Shown here: one piece after another, positions 63,896 through 64,000 of the stretch | Layout of the letters: each line of letters opens with the position of its first letter | How positions within the stretch are numbered: position 1 is the stretch's first letter | NCBI GenBank assembly: GCA_965285935.1 | Contig: OZ260662.1 | Coordinates: 3,472,001-3,536,000, forward strand | Source: Ophelia neglecta | Lineage: Eukaryota | DNA: 64,000 nucleotides | Reading direction: 5' to 3' | The notes under the pieces: model-generated | The model's input: the letters and a program-made list of their open reading frames with translations, nothing else | The model's database searches: none | Told to the model about the DNA's origin: nothing | Translations under genes and position numbers: made by a program

Positions 63896-64000
63896 GGGTT
63901 ACAAATCATAGTTTATGTTCTGAATTCCCTTTGGAAGTTTATTTATATAAAGGAAAATGAGTTCATTTATATTATGACTTCCAAGAAAGTACTTATTTGT

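Overview
This window is eukaryotic, intron-rich, invertebrate-like metazoan DNA (taxon inferred, not proven). The main result is a cluster of five paralogous + strand multi-exon genes (A 9085-10902, B 21923-25410, C 26556-32317, D 37572-43149, E 45336-48326) that the ORF track misses because their exons are only 20-162 nt. Spliced by hand at GT-AG sites, each gives an intact 142-149 aa protein: a signal peptide plus a ~130-aa domain (W..[DE]..., G..L..GD.I.[LM], WK.I.L, [LF]WK...[VIF]G....Y.[IV], [FL].W..D-stop) that I cannot assign to a named family. The two signal-peptide introns are shared, but introns inside the mature domain sit at different codons in the paralogues. An 8-exon secreted pancreatic-lipase-family gene lacking the PLAT domain (- strand, 14575-20182) lies between A and B. 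Other genes: an intronless rhodopsin-type peptide GPCR (4182-5279, -), a GPCR pseudogene interrupted by a solo LTR (4-bp TSD), and the 3' part of a calpain-like gene with two tandem domain-III (CBSW) modules and three candidate alternative last exons (54576-63334, -). Repeats: two decayed copies of an APE/RT LINE (one seeded a 94-bp satellite), a tRNA-derived SINE, several MITE-like elements and many minisatellites. All coordinates were counted by hand and may be off by a few bases; no database searches were run.
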